Below are positions 1 to 11,770 of a stretch of DNA of 64,000 bases, piece after piece. The stretch's first letter is position 1. Each line of letters opens with the position of its first letter. The notes under the pieces are model-generated. The model saw only the letters and a list, made by a program, of their open reading frames with translations, ran no database searches and was not told where the DNA came from. Location of the stretch: assembly GCA_028534125.1 (NCBI GenBank), contig CM052818.1:42658001-42722000 (forward strand), written 5' to 3'. The stretch is from Lama glama (Eukaryota). A program made the translations under genes and the position numbers.

Positions 1-689
1 TTGAGAAACAGACAAAGGAGACCGACAGCTGGGGACAAAATTATTACTCGTATGACAGGGTTGAGGACATGGGTTGATCTCTAACTAGAGTTGGTCTTCT
101 TATTATCCACTTGACTAAAGCCCCCGGAGCAGCTGGCCACTCACTGCAAGGGCACAGCCCGCACTGTTAAGCTGTCCCGTAGATTCCTCCTGCCCTCCTA
201 TGCCTCCCCCACCCCCCCCGAAGCCACCGCCACAACTGCTCACACTGAAATACAGGCGAAAACTGTATCCATACCAATGACGTGTAACGTTAGTATCACA
301 GAACAAGGGGGAGGCAGTTAGAGTTGCTAGTGTTCTGCGCCCTCCCCTCCCCTCGCACCACTTCACAGATGGGGAAGCTGATGCCCAGAGAGGCGAGAGT
401 GACTTACCAAGCTCGAGAATAGTGAAGAAGCAGCGAAACAGAGGGAGGTGGTTTCTGTTTACCGTTAACGCAGAGACCCTCATTGGAGGAAATCCACCTA
501 CAGAGGGACAGTGAATAACTCAGGTGACAGCGGAGCTGCTCTGAGTGCAGTGGGGTGGGAGCCCAAAGGCACATGCTGTGCGCCTGTCTCCCAGGGCAGG
601 TCCTTGAGGAGGTGTCCTGAACAGGGGCATCGATGACTGTAACATTTCCAGCAGCCCCCTATGTCTAACAACAACAAGACCTAACCCCC

Positions 690-880
690 TTTTTGTGTCC
701 TTACTACATACAAGGCCCTGTTCCAGGTGCGTTGTCTGTATTAACTTCCTCCCAACCATCCTAGCATGTAGATGCTACCATTATCCCCATTGTAAAGACG
801 CTTTAACTGAGTCAAGGAGATGTGGAATACGTTGCTGGGAGTCACGCGGATAGAAGGTAACAGCTCAGGCAGCCAGGGCC
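690..880 (-). mobile_element. MIR SINE (degenerate)
   Basis: Reverse-complement MIR core: ctaccattatccccattgtaaagacg...actgagtcaaggaga; boundaries approximate. Confidence 0.65.
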
Positions 881-1139
881 ATGCGACTCCCCAGCCCTTG
901 TTCTTGGAGTCTACGTGGTGCTGTTTGCTGCTTTACAGTCTAGAATTTCACTTTAATTCTCACCACTGCATCCTTGTAATGAAGGTCTCTTTTTCCAGTT
1001 AGTAGAGAGGGGGTTTGAGTCTCAGAAAAGTTAAGGAACTGACCAAGACTCAAGCATCTGTTAGAAATGGGGGAACTGGATTTGCAGGGAGGCTGTTGGT
1101 GTATCTGAGCTACACTTCGGTTTATCTTGTGAACCCTGA

Positions 1140-1265
1140 AGGAGTGTATTGATGGTCTAAGAGCAAGGGAGACCTGGGTTCATGTCTTCACTTTATCATT
1201 TGGTAACTATATGATCTCAGCTAAGGCACCTGTTGGGGTGTCAGTTTCCTCATTTGTGGAAAAAA
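1140..1265 (+). mobile_element. MIR SINE
   Basis: gacctgggttc...tcagtttcctcatttgt resembles MIR core. Confidence 0.65.
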
Positions 1266-2049
1266 CTGGCCTTTGCCCTCAAATGCCACTCCTCACTGGA
1301 AGGAGTCCAGCCTTGAGACCAAGGAGACCAAGGCTGTGCCTCCAGTTTCTCCACTCACTGCTTGCTGCCAGGTGTCCTCCAGGAAGCTAAAAAACAACTT
1401 TGTAAATGTCAGTCTCCTTTGTCTACAAAACAGGCATTATAAGTGCTGAGGACCAATTCTTGGATCTTTCAGGTTTCTACACATCGAGGTATTATTGGCC
1501 AAACTGTTTCAGACCATCTTTTCAAGAATGTTTATATAAGCAAACGGCCCCGGCAACATACGGTGACTCCGTCCGCCGCATGTTTATAATCCCATTTGGG
1601 AGATAAAGATGGAGCTGGCTCCCTTCCCTCCCCAGGGTGGACCCGCTCACATTTCAGGGTAAGGAGGATAACAGATCTCCAGAGGGGAAGCTGGGGAGCT
1701 TGGCCGGAATTGCTATATGAGAACAGAGCCTCCTACTCTCAGGGTTCCTGAAGCACGTCACTGATGTGACATTTCTTAGTCAAAGTGCATAAGGAGTGGG
1801 TGTGCCTTCCTTGTCCTTTGCCCTCACTCACTGAATGGGCGGGACACCGATAACCGAGGACCAGGGGCTCTGTAAGACGAGGAAGCCTGGGTTCCTAAAC
1901 ACACGGTGGAAGGCTGCCCAACCACAGGTGCCCACGGTGGACGCTGATATGAGTGAGCAAAGAAGTTTTACTGTGTTACACCACTTAGAATTCAAGGTTT
2001 CCATTCTCTTTCATCTAACATGACCTTAATTAATATGAGTTGTCATGTG

Positions 2050-2320
2050 GAAACAGCCTTTATTAATTGCTTTTTATATGCTCAACATTGTGCTAGGAAC
2101 TTTTACATGAAAATCTCATGTAACTATGGATACAGCCTTGAAATTTAGTTATTTTTAATTTTATAGATGAAGAACCTGAAAATTAGATAAACCAGATGTT
2201 TTCTGTTTGTTTGCTTTTTGGTTTTTGTTTGTTTAACAAGATTGCACAGCTAGTAAGAGGCCAAGATAGGGCTGAAACCCAGTCTCTCTGACTCTAGAAA
2301 TTATGCTGTTCCTCCCTCTA
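2050..2320 (-). mobile_element. MIR SINE
   Basis: ttttatagatgaagaacctga...cacagctagtaagaggcc...ctctgactctaga. Confidence 0.75.
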
Positions 2321-3487
2321 AAAACTTATTATTTCATTACAGACTATTTAAATAAATCTGGCTCACACTCAGAATGCCAGAAAGAGCTAAAGCCAGTGAT
2401 CTCCAGTATTCACTGGATTCCCTTCCTGAGTTGGGTCTTGATCTGTGGCTCCTTGTTTTATGATTTCAACCATTTTTTTGCTCGTGGACCCTTAGTTCCA
2501 GATTCTGGTCCTCACACCCGCCGGGGACATTGTTGCTTTCCTGGTGGGTTAGATATGATCTTCTTGGTCTGCTCTGTGGTCCTAGCCTTCTGGTTACAGG
2601 CACAGAGAGATGAGTGTGGGAAGCCCCACATCCCACGGTGCCTTCCCAGCACCTACACTTGCTAAGACAACCCTGTTTCACCTCCCTTCTCACCAGGGAA
2701 TGAGAGTGATGCTGAAATTATGAAAGTATTTCCAAGGTGCTTCACATCGCCTAATTTGCGGTACATTGCCAGGCTCTTAAAGAATGCAATATAAATTGTT
2801 AAGCCTGGTAGTAAAGTCTGTTACCACATAATAGAGCACGTAAATTATGGAGGGGCTGGCAACAGCCTGAGATTTCTCAAAGGAGTGCTTGTTGGAGAGC
2901 TATGTCTGCTCAGTGCAGCTGCTGAAAGCAATAATGCAATCTACAGTCCATGTTTTTCAAGAACTAGAAAGGAAAATGTTTCGTTTTTCTGGACTGGCAT
3001 GTGTGTTTTTGCCTCCTCTACCAGATTGGAAGCTCCTCAGCTAGATCACCAGGGCTTCCTCTTCCTTGGTCTCATCTCACACCTAGACTGCTGATGCACG
3101 TGTACTAAATGCCCATAAATTCTCGTGGCTCTTATTAGCCCTTGGAGAATACACTAACCTTCCCCATAGAGGCCAATGAGATAAATAAAGACCATAAAAC
3201 AAAAGACGTACATCTTATGTTGGGATTAAGTCTCCAGAATGACTCCCAAATGAATAATGTAATTATTTCAATTAGATTCATTGTGCACCTGCAATGTGGA
3301 AGGTTCCAGGATGTGCACTGCAGTTGTAAGTGAGTAGACGATAAAGTTCTGGCCTTCGAGAAGATTATATACTATCAGGGGAAGTAATCCTTGACAGCAG
3401 TAACATTTAGATGTCATGAAGGGCTACAAAATTGTATAACGTCTGTGGCTATTAGTGATGTAGGTCCCTGAGCAAAGACTTTGCCAG

Positions 3488-5752
3488 CAAGAAAACTCCA
3501 GGCTAATATGGTTTCTCCAGCAAATTCTATCAAATACTTAAGAAAGAAAACTTGTATAAAATCCTCCAGAGAAAAGACAGAGAAACGATATTTCCTGTTA
3601 GTTGCATGAGTCCAACATCACTTGAATGGCAAAATTGGACAAGAATATCACTAAAAAGAAACATGAAAGGTCAATCTGACTCAAGAAGTTGCATTTCTGA
3701 AATATCCAAGTTGTGCATGATGGGTTGCCCTTTAGATATATTACAGAGTTTAGTTTTTTCATATTTTAAGGATTTTTTGTATGCATTCATGACAAAAATT
3801 TTTCTGTTTGAGAATGAGTACAAGAATACCTATTCTCACCATTTTTTCTTAACCCTGAGAGTTTTGGCCACTGCAATAAGGCAAGAAGAACAAATAAAAG
3901 TTGTAAGAATGGAAATAAGGAAGTAAAATGTCATTATTTGCTAATGATATGATTTTAGGTGTAGCAGATCTAAGAGGATATACAGAGAAATTAGTAAAAT
4001 TGAAAAGAGTTTATTGAGGTTGTTAGTTATAAGATCAATAAAATAAAAGACTTTTTTACATACAGTAGCACATGGAAAATAAAGTTTAAAATTTGCTACT
4101 TACAATTAGAAAATTTCTAGGAATAAATCTAATCAAAGATGTGCAAAACCTCTGTCTGGAAAACTTGAGAGACATTAATGAAAACATAAATGGAGAATTA
4201 TTCTATGTCCACAGGTTGGAAGACTCAATATAATAAAGCTATCAATTCTTCCTAAATGTATCAATAGATCCAATGTGATTCCCATCAAAATCCAATGATT
4301 CGTGTGACAGTGTGCAGAATTATTTGATTTATATGAAATAGTAAAAGGCCCAAAGTAGCCAATACATCCTGAAAAAAGGGAACTTGCTCTACTTAATATA
4401 GAGATGTGTTTTACAACTACAGTAATTAAGATAGCAGGGGAGTAGTTAAAAGATAGACAGATGGTCATTTGGACAGACTAGAGACCCCATAAACTGACAC
4501 ACACACACACACACACACACGAGCACTTGATTTATGGTGCTCCAGTAACTGAATATCTATTTGGAAAAAAAAAGAAACTTGATACCAACCTCAAGCCATA
4601 GGCAAAATCAACTGCACATAAGTTGGAGACCTAAATGTAAAAGCTAAAATAATCAAATTTCTTGAGGAAAATTTAAAACCAGATGTCTGTTCAATAATCA
4701 TCTTCATTTATAGAGTAAAAAAAAATCCAGAGTCAGAAAACATGTTTGCAACAAAAGGTGTTTATCTAGAAAATGTAAAGATTTCCTATAAATCAATAAC
4801 AGAAATACAGACAACCCAGTTGGGGGAAAAATGCAGGCAAGATATTGGAACTGACATTCCACCAAAAAGGATACTTAAATGATTAATAAATAGATGGAAA
4901 TTAATATATAGGTGTTCAACATTATCATCCATGAAATGCCGTATAAAATACCCCTACACACTCACCAGAATGGCTGGAATTAAGAAGGCACCCATTATCA
5001 AGTGTTCGCAAGGTTGGTGAGGCAACTGGAAATCTTATTTACTGCTAAAGGTTGTGTAAGTGGTACAGTTACTAAGAACATATTTTGATATCTTCTATTA
5101 AAGTTGAGGATGCTATGCAATCTTTTGACCTAACAATTCTATTCCAAGTTATTTACCCAACAGAAATGTCTACCAGGTGTTAATCATACATATGTTCACA
5201 ACAGCTTAATTCACAATAGCGAAAGCAATTCAAAGATTTACCAGCAAAAAATAAAAGTACTATATTCCAGAGAAAACAAATGAAACACAGGAACACATAG
5301 TAAGCATCCTGGATATATTTTGCAAGTACATTGAAGACAAGACACTAGATATAAAAAAATATATATTCCATGTCATTATAAAGGTCAAAATAGGTATAAT
5401 TAAGCTAAAGTGATTAAGAATGTATAATTAGGTGCTAAAAATAGAAAAGAAAACAAGAAAGTAATTACTGTAAAATCAAGAAGGCAGTTCTGTTAGGAGG
5501 GATGAACATGGTTATGATTAGGAAGAGGTATTCAAGTGGCTTTTGGAAGTGGAAATGCCTGGTTTCTACTTCCCTTAGAAGGGAATCCGCATGTGCTAAG
5601 AAAAGAAGTAACTGTCAAGGGTAAAGTAGAACCTGATCTGACGGTGGGTGGATTTCTTCTCCTGAGTTAGGAATAGCTTTGACTTTCAGTAATTGCTCTA
5701 TTTCTTGACCTGGGTTGGAGTTATATGGCTGTTTAATTTATAACAGTTTATT
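3488..5752 (+). mobile_element. Old L1 (L1M-type) ORF2 3' portion and 3' UTR, degraded; tail resumes at ~6866-6912
   Basis: L1 ORF2-like segments (aaaactccagg...aaattctatcaaa; gcaataaggcaagaagaa; ggaagactcaatataataaag; ctcaccagaatggct) and 3' end tttcttgacctgggt; many stops and indels. Confidence 0.88.
4497..4520. repeat. (AC)n microsatellite
   Basis: Direct reading. Confidence 0.95.
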
Positions 5753-5753
5753 A

Positions 5754-5899
5754 CTCACAGTGAAAAAAATGTGACAATGAATATATATATGTTTATGTAT
5801 AACTGAAAAATTTTGTGCTCTACACTGGAATTTGACACAACATTGTAAAATGACTATAATTCAATAAAAAAAGTTAAAAAAAGAAAACCACCTTAAAAA
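5754..5899 (+). mobile_element. Young 5'-truncated L1 3' end with TSD
   Basis: tgtgctctacactggaatttgacacaacattgtaaaatgactataattcaataaaa + A tail; TSD aacagtttatta at 5742-5753 and 5900-5911. Confidence 0.9.
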
Positions 5900-5911
5900 A
5901 ACAGTTTATTA

Positions 5912-6060
5912 TTTTTTTTACTTTCTTTTTTTTATTGAAGTATAGTCAGTTACAATGTGTCAATTTCTGGTGTACAGCACAATGTCTCAGTCATGCATAT
6001 ACATACATATATTTGACATCTTGTAATAATCTTTAATGAAAAAGAATATGAAAACAAATA
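5912..6060 (-). mobile_element. Short L1 3' end with 5' inversion (twin-priming-like)
   Basis: polyT + ttgaagtatagtcagttacaatgtgtcaatttctggtgtacagcac (antisense), then ~6015-6060 in sense orientation (atcttgtaataatctttaatgaaaaagaatatg); TSD copy taatagtttatta at 6061-6073. Confidence 0.82.
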
Positions 6061-6091
6061 TAATAGTTTATTAAGCTGTACATTTCTTTTT

Positions 6092-6850
6092 TAAATTTAA
6101 AATTTTAAAAATTTTTAAACATTTTTTATTGAGTTACAGTCATTTTACAATATTGTGTCAAATTCCAGTGTAGAGCACAATTTTTCAGTTATACACAAAC
6201 ATACATACATTCATTGTCACATTCTCTTTCGCTGTGAGCTACCACAAGATCCTGTGTATACTTCCCTGTGCTACACAGTACAATCTTGTTTATTTATTCT
6301 ACATTTTGAAATCCCAGTCTGTCCCTTCCCACCCCCCACACCCTTGGCAACCACAAGTTTGTATTCTATGTCTATGAGTGTTTCTGTTTTGTATTTTTTT
6401 TTTAGATTCTGCATATGAGTGATCTCATATGGTATTTTTCTTTCTCTTTCTGGCTTACTTCACTTAGATGACATTCTCCAGGAACATTCATGTTGCTGCA
6501 AATGATGTTATGTTGTTGGTTTTTATGGCTGAATAGTATTCCATTGTATAAATATACCACATCTTCTTTATCCAGTCATCTGTTGATGGACATTTAGGCT
6601 GCTTCCATGTCTTGGCTATTGTAAATAGTGCTGCTATGAACATTGGAGTGCAGGTGTCATTTTGAAGTAGGGTTCCTTCTGGATATATGCCCAGGAGCGG
6701 GATTCCTGGGTCATATGGTAAGTCTATTCCTAGTCTTTTGAGGAATCTCCATACTGTTTTCCACAGTGGATGCACCAAACTGCATTCCCACCAGCAGTGT
6801 AGGAGGGTTCCCCTTTCTCCACAGCCTCTCCAGCATTTGTCATTTGTGGG
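6092..6850 (-). mobile_element. Young 5'-truncated L1: ORF2 C-terminus plus 3' UTR
   Basis: ORF 6488-6778 ([12 protein letters not shown]...[13 protein letters not shown]...CTPMFIAALFTIAKTWKQPKCPS...MEYYSAIK) is the canonical L1 ORF2 C-terminus, ending in a premature stop; TSD tgtac(a/g)tttcttttt at 6077-6091 and 6851-6865. Confidence 0.96.
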
Positions 6851-7179
6851 TGTACGTTTCTTTTTATATACTTTTCTGGATATGTGTTATAGTTCATAAT
6901 AAAAGGATTAAATTATGTCTTTAAGTTCATGTCACTTTCCTGAGCTTCTGATTTAATATATTTAAATACCTAATGGACATCTCCACTGACGTGTTCCATT
7001 GGCATTTCAAACTCAACACACCTCAAATTAAATTTATTCAACCCCCAGATCTGCTCTGCCTGCTGAACACCACCATCTCTCACCCTGTTTACCAAGCTGG
7101 GAATCAGGAGATTATCATTCATCCCTCTCCTTCAATAACTACATTCAGTAAAGTCCTGTTGACTCTGACTCTTAATATT

Positions 7180-7263
7180 TTTTAAATTTAATTAATTTAT
7201 TTTTAATTTTTTAAAATAAAATACAGTCTGTTCCAATGTGTCAATTTCTGGTGTACAGCACAA
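7180..7263 (-). mobile_element. Very short L1 3' terminus
   Basis: caatgtgtcaatttctggtgtacagcacaa matches the L1 tail at 5950-5982. Confidence 0.8.
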
Positions 7264-7264
7264 T

Positions 7265-7402
7265 AATTTTATTTATTTAATTTTTACTTTAGTTTTGGGG
7301 GGGATTAGGTTTATTTATTTATTTCTGCCAAGGTACTGAGGATTGAACCCAGGACCTCGTGAGTGCTAAGCAAGCACTCTACCACTCAGCTATAGCCTCT
7401 CC
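7265..7402 (-). mobile_element. tRNA-Ala-derived SINE (camelid Vic-1-like)
   Basis: ggtactgaggattgaacccaggacctcgtgagtgctaagcaagcactctaccactcagctata; shared tail gggattaggtttattta. Confidence 0.88.
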
Positions 7403-8485
7403 ATCTTTTAACCTTGACCTTCCTGTTCATCCTTTCTACTGCTTCTGTGCTCACTGCCATGGTATCCGGTCTGTGTCACTTCAACGGCCTCCTGAACTGT
7501 TCCTCTTTCCTCTTGTCTTGTCTTGCCTTTTTCTGTTCTGTCTTCCATGCTGAACATCAGAAAGTTCTCTCATCAAAAACTAACCTGATCATGTCCACCC
7601 CCTCATTAAACTGGCACTGGCTTATGCCACCTTACACAAATCATCCTTAACTTTCTCTATAGCCTTATTAATTATGCCCTCTCACAGTGCCTGCTTCTGA
7701 AACAGTGTCTAATTTACTAAAGCTGCAGACATTCAGGAACAGAGCAGCGGCCTCAACCATGCCCCTCTCCTGCCTTCCACCCTTCTCTCGTACCATCTCC
7801 TTAAATTTACGCAGGTACGTTTACCTTAGCCTTCCAATGAGCAAGGTGTTCTTATGGCACCTTGTGTACTCCTCTAGTGTAGTTTAGTAATACTGTCCTC
7901 TGCTCTGAGCTCCAGGGAGCACGACAGAGAAAGTGCTCAGTGTTTTTTGACTGAACAATTTTGACTGAAAGAATTCAGAGGCAGCAAGTGTCACCTCTTA
8001 TAAGAAGATTCAAGAGACTTCATTGTCCATCTACAGTAGGCTTTGAAAGCTGATAGAAAAATCAAAATGGAGAGAATGCCACAAATGCAGGAGCATAGAC
8101 AGAGATTCAAGTGTCTCCACGGGAAGGAGTGATTGTTCAGTATTTATACGTTTAGGCCTCGTGTTGGAAGATTGATTTAAACAAAATCTGCCATGTCTGC
8201 AGTTAGGCTGATCAACACTCCGTCTGCCTGGAGCTTGATGAGAGGCATTATTTTCCATTGATTATTTTTATTCAATACATGACAGAAAGGCTACGTTCCT
8301 AAACTGGCTGCAAAATCATAAATATTTAAATCCAAGTTATTTGCCATGCATAGATATAATCAAGTCATGAAAGCTAACTTCTGTGTTTGGTGACTTGGCT
8401 ATTGATTTTTACAGCTCCAGTCTAAATTCCGTAGCAATTCACTGAAATGTCTTAGGGGGGGTTGTTGTCTTAATACTGCAGCCGT

Positions 8486-8589
8486 TGGTCATCTTACATA
8501 CACAGGTTCAGAGAACGAGAGATCTAGAAAAGAATAGTGAATGGTCATCTTATATACATAGGTTCAAAGAACAAGAAATTTGGAAAAGA
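8486..8589. repeat. Diverged 48-bp direct duplication (period 56)
   Basis: Copies at 8486-8533 and 8542-8589, 41/48 identical. Confidence 0.9.
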
Positions 8590-8864
8590 TCTGAGCTATC
8601 ATGTGTCTTAATCTTCTAAATCTCAGACAATGAAACAGTCTCAGGGAGTCAAGTGACATAGTCATAGAGCTAATGAGGGTTAGGAATCCAGGTCTCCTGC
8701 CTCCCAGGCTAGGTCTCTTTCTTATTCTTTATCAGAATTGAAATGCACACATTAGTGATTCACATAGGAAAGCAGGGGACAGCAACCTGCTGTTCTTTGA
8801 TTTATCTGGTATAGATATGCAGACTGTTTATGCAAGTGAGTAGTTGTAACCCTGACAGCAAGTT

Positions 8865-8867
<3 letters not shown>

Positions 8868-8910
<43 letters not shown>
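8868..8910. repeat. (AC)n microsatellite
   Basis: ~21 uninterrupted units. Confidence 0.97.
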
Positions 8911-8912
<2 letters not shown>

Positions 8913-9378
8913 GGAATAGTACTCAGCCATAAAAAAGGAAAGAAAGAATGCTATTTGCAGCAACACAGATGGATTTAGAGATGATCATACTGAGTGAAGT
9001 AAGTCAGACCGAGAAAGACAAGTATCATATGATATCACTTATATGTGGAATCTAACACAATGACACAAACTCATTTACAAAACAGAAACAGACTCACAGA
9101 CATAGAAGACAAACTTATGGTTACCAAAGGGGGAAATGGGAGAGGGATAAATTGGGAGTTTGGGATTAGCAAGTACAAACTACTGTATATAAAGTAGCTT
9201 AACAACAAGGTCCTACCATATAGCACAGGGAACTGTATTCAATAGCTTGTAATAACCTATAATGAAAAAGAATCTGAAAAAGAAAAAAAATATATATGTA
9301 ACTGAATCACTTTGCTGTACACCAGAAACTAACACAACCTTGTAAATCAACTATACCTTAAGAATAATAATAATAAAA
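8911..9378 (+). mobile_element. L1 3' end (ORF2 terminus + 3' UTR)
   Basis: atggaatagtactcagccataaaaa...ctgagtgaagtaagtcagac...atagcacagggaactgtattcaa...gctgtacaccagaaactaacacaac. Confidence 0.93.
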
Positions 9379-10643
9379 GCCACTGCCTTTTGTCAGTGCA
9401 TCTAGTAATCTATCTTTTTGCCACATGGGCCAGAGGCTTCCTCTCCCTTTCAGTCCTAGTGGGTGACTGATACACAGTGAGAGGTGAGGGTAGAGGAGGT
9501 AAAACCCCTCTGAGAACTAGAAAGAGTGAACGGCGGAGGGGGAAGAAACACACACACAAAATCACCCAGTTGTGACGGTAAAAAAAGCAAGAACGTGTGA
9601 GTTAAATTACCTTGTCCGGGACCTGGCGCAGACCGCTTGCTCGATCACTATTATTTCCTGGTTTCCCTCACTCTGAGAGGAGAATAAACTCTGGGAGGTG
9701 CTCAAAGTGTAGCTGCCATGGCTCTGGGTTGGTTGATTGGAGAGAAATTCACCGGCTTTTGGTCACCAGATCTTCCCGTGTGGCCGAGCGCCCGGGTGCT
9801 CACATCCATGGAGTATGCACTGCGCTGGGCAGTGTGCTGAGTGCAGGCATGAGTTGTTGCATCTACGTTTCTTTTAAGCTCTATGATGTAGGTGCTGATT
9901 TTACCTTAATGTTACCCATGCAGATACTGGGGTTAGGAGAGCTTAAGTAAGTGGACCAGAATTGTACCACTGGCAGGTAGGCTTCACCCAGGGCATCCTG
10001 ACACAAGAGATGAGGCTTTTCACAATAGGCTATACCAGCTTCCTTAATTTTAGTCCCCACACCAATATCAAAAAAAGGGGCACAATCCACGTTTATATAC
10101 AGCAACATTTAAAGTAAGTGTTTGAGGCAAAGGAAAAAATCGCAATGGAGTGTTTAAGGTTCCTCTATATTACCAGGTAATTTCAGGGATAGAAATTTTC
10201 TAAATTATATTTTGTGCTTTCAACCAAATTGAAAGGTATAATCGTTTCTTTTGACATTATTTATAAAAGTGATTAATTCTTTACTTAGCCTTTTATGAAT
10301 TCTATTTTTTTATATAAGATAATCTTTCCCACTAATGAGTAATAAATTATACTCTTGATCTTTGTGTTACTTGAAATATACGATGTTTCTGTTCATTAGT
10401 AATTTCCAAATGGAGTAGCGTCTCAGGTAGGAAAACAATGATTCTGAAACAATGATTTTTAAAATGCAGTTACCCGGGTTTGTATTTAAAACTAAGAACT
10501 CAATATTATTTTTTTAAATAAAATTTTGCCAGGTGCATATAGTTTTATTTTGGTAGCTTCTCCCTGCATGGAGGAAAGTGTAGTTGCAGGCAGGTGTTGC
10601 CTGGCTGTGCAGGTCGTGTTCTTCACACATGTGTGTCCACGGC

Positions 10644-10833
10644 CAAGGTGTGCTGACAGCTGACTCATACATCTTCTGAGCACTCATTATGAACATCACC
10701 GCCCAACTCCACTTTCAGTGCCATTACATCAGTAGCTTAAAAGCCACTATGGTGGGCATGTGTCCACCACAGAAACTGACAAGCTCTACAAACCAGGGAG
10801 CCGGTGGTTAAACATTTGCCAGCACACCAACTG
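10644..10833. mobile_element. MER63-like hAT-Blackjack MITE
   Basis: Terminal inverted repeats ggtgtgctg (10647-10655) and cagcacacc (10820-10828); internal gagccggtggttaaacattt. Confidence 0.75.
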
Positions 10834-11045
10834 GGCATGGTGAGGGGCGGAGAATTGGGAGATCAGTCCTTGCCCTGCTCCCTGATGTGGAGATGATGAC
10901 AAAGGGGCTACTTTTTATCATTTCAAACAAAGCTGCTCTCTGCTCACAGCCGCACACTCACAAGGTTATGACTCTGGGAGAAGGCACTTTCTGCTAATTT
11001 ACACAAAGACCACAAATGGGCTAACAGCCACTCGGAGTTTAGAAC

Positions 11046-11770
11046 AGTGGTCCCCAACCCTGGCTGATTTTCATAATCATCTGAAATTAAAAAAATATAT
11101 ATATAGATTTTAGAGCTTTTCAAGGATTTTGATTTGGTTTATGTAGCATCCAGTAATGGTTACTTACCCACTCTTCTCCCTACTGGCAAGACCTCATTTT
11201 AATCCGGAGTTTACTGACTCAGAATGGGTAATTGTATTTCTGTCCCCAGGAGTTACTCACGAATGACACAAACCAATCAGGATGAGCCCATCCCTCTTGC
11301 TACTGATTTGTTGAAGGGTAGGCATGTGGCCCATTGTGATTAATTACACAGAGTTAATTACACTAAGTACCTGAGGCTAATTACATAGACCACGTCTGCT
11401 TTGAGGCTTCCCACGAAGGTCCTAAATTTGAGAAAGAGGCATAAGAGAAGACGGCTCTGTGCCTCTTCACATTGCTGGACATTGTATAATGGAAGCTATT
11501 TTAATGCCTGGAAGAGGTGCAACCATATTTGATTAACAAGGAAAACCAGCTAAAAGGCAAAGCTGATACACTCAGCACTGTGGAGGGATAAAACTGGAGC
11601 CACTGAATGAACGAGTGTTAAACCAACCAACCCCTCTAAACTTCCTGTTCATTGTTTAAGACACTTGGAGTGGGTATTTTCTGTTACTTGCAATTGAAAT
11701 CAATTTAACCAATATGTCTTAGATGAGGCCTGGGAATCTGTCTCTTAAAAATTTTCCAAATTTTTGGAAA
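11046..11770. mobile_element. MER5-type hAT-Charlie element split by an LTR (halves ~11046-11140 and ~11716-11770)
   Basis: cagtggtccccaaccctggctg...gattttgatttggtt, resuming as tcttagatgaggcctgggaatctg. Confidence 0.6.
11142..11715 (+). mobile_element. MLT1 (J/K-like) ERVL-MaLR solo LTR
   Basis: aaccaatcagg...ggtaggcatgtggccca...ttgtttaagacact...ttttctgttacttgca. Confidence 0.75.

Larger units (their letters stand above)
6915..7960 (+). mobile_element. L2 LINE 3' fragment, interrupted at ~7180-7405
   Basis: ggacatctccact...ggcatttcaaactcaaca; degenerate 3' end aagtgctcagtgtttttgactgaa. Confidence 0.75.

Noticed and set aside
6488..6778. 96-aa ORF with clear protein homology as a host gene
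   Set aside because: It is the C-terminus of L1 ORF2 in a 5'-truncated copy with a premature stop.
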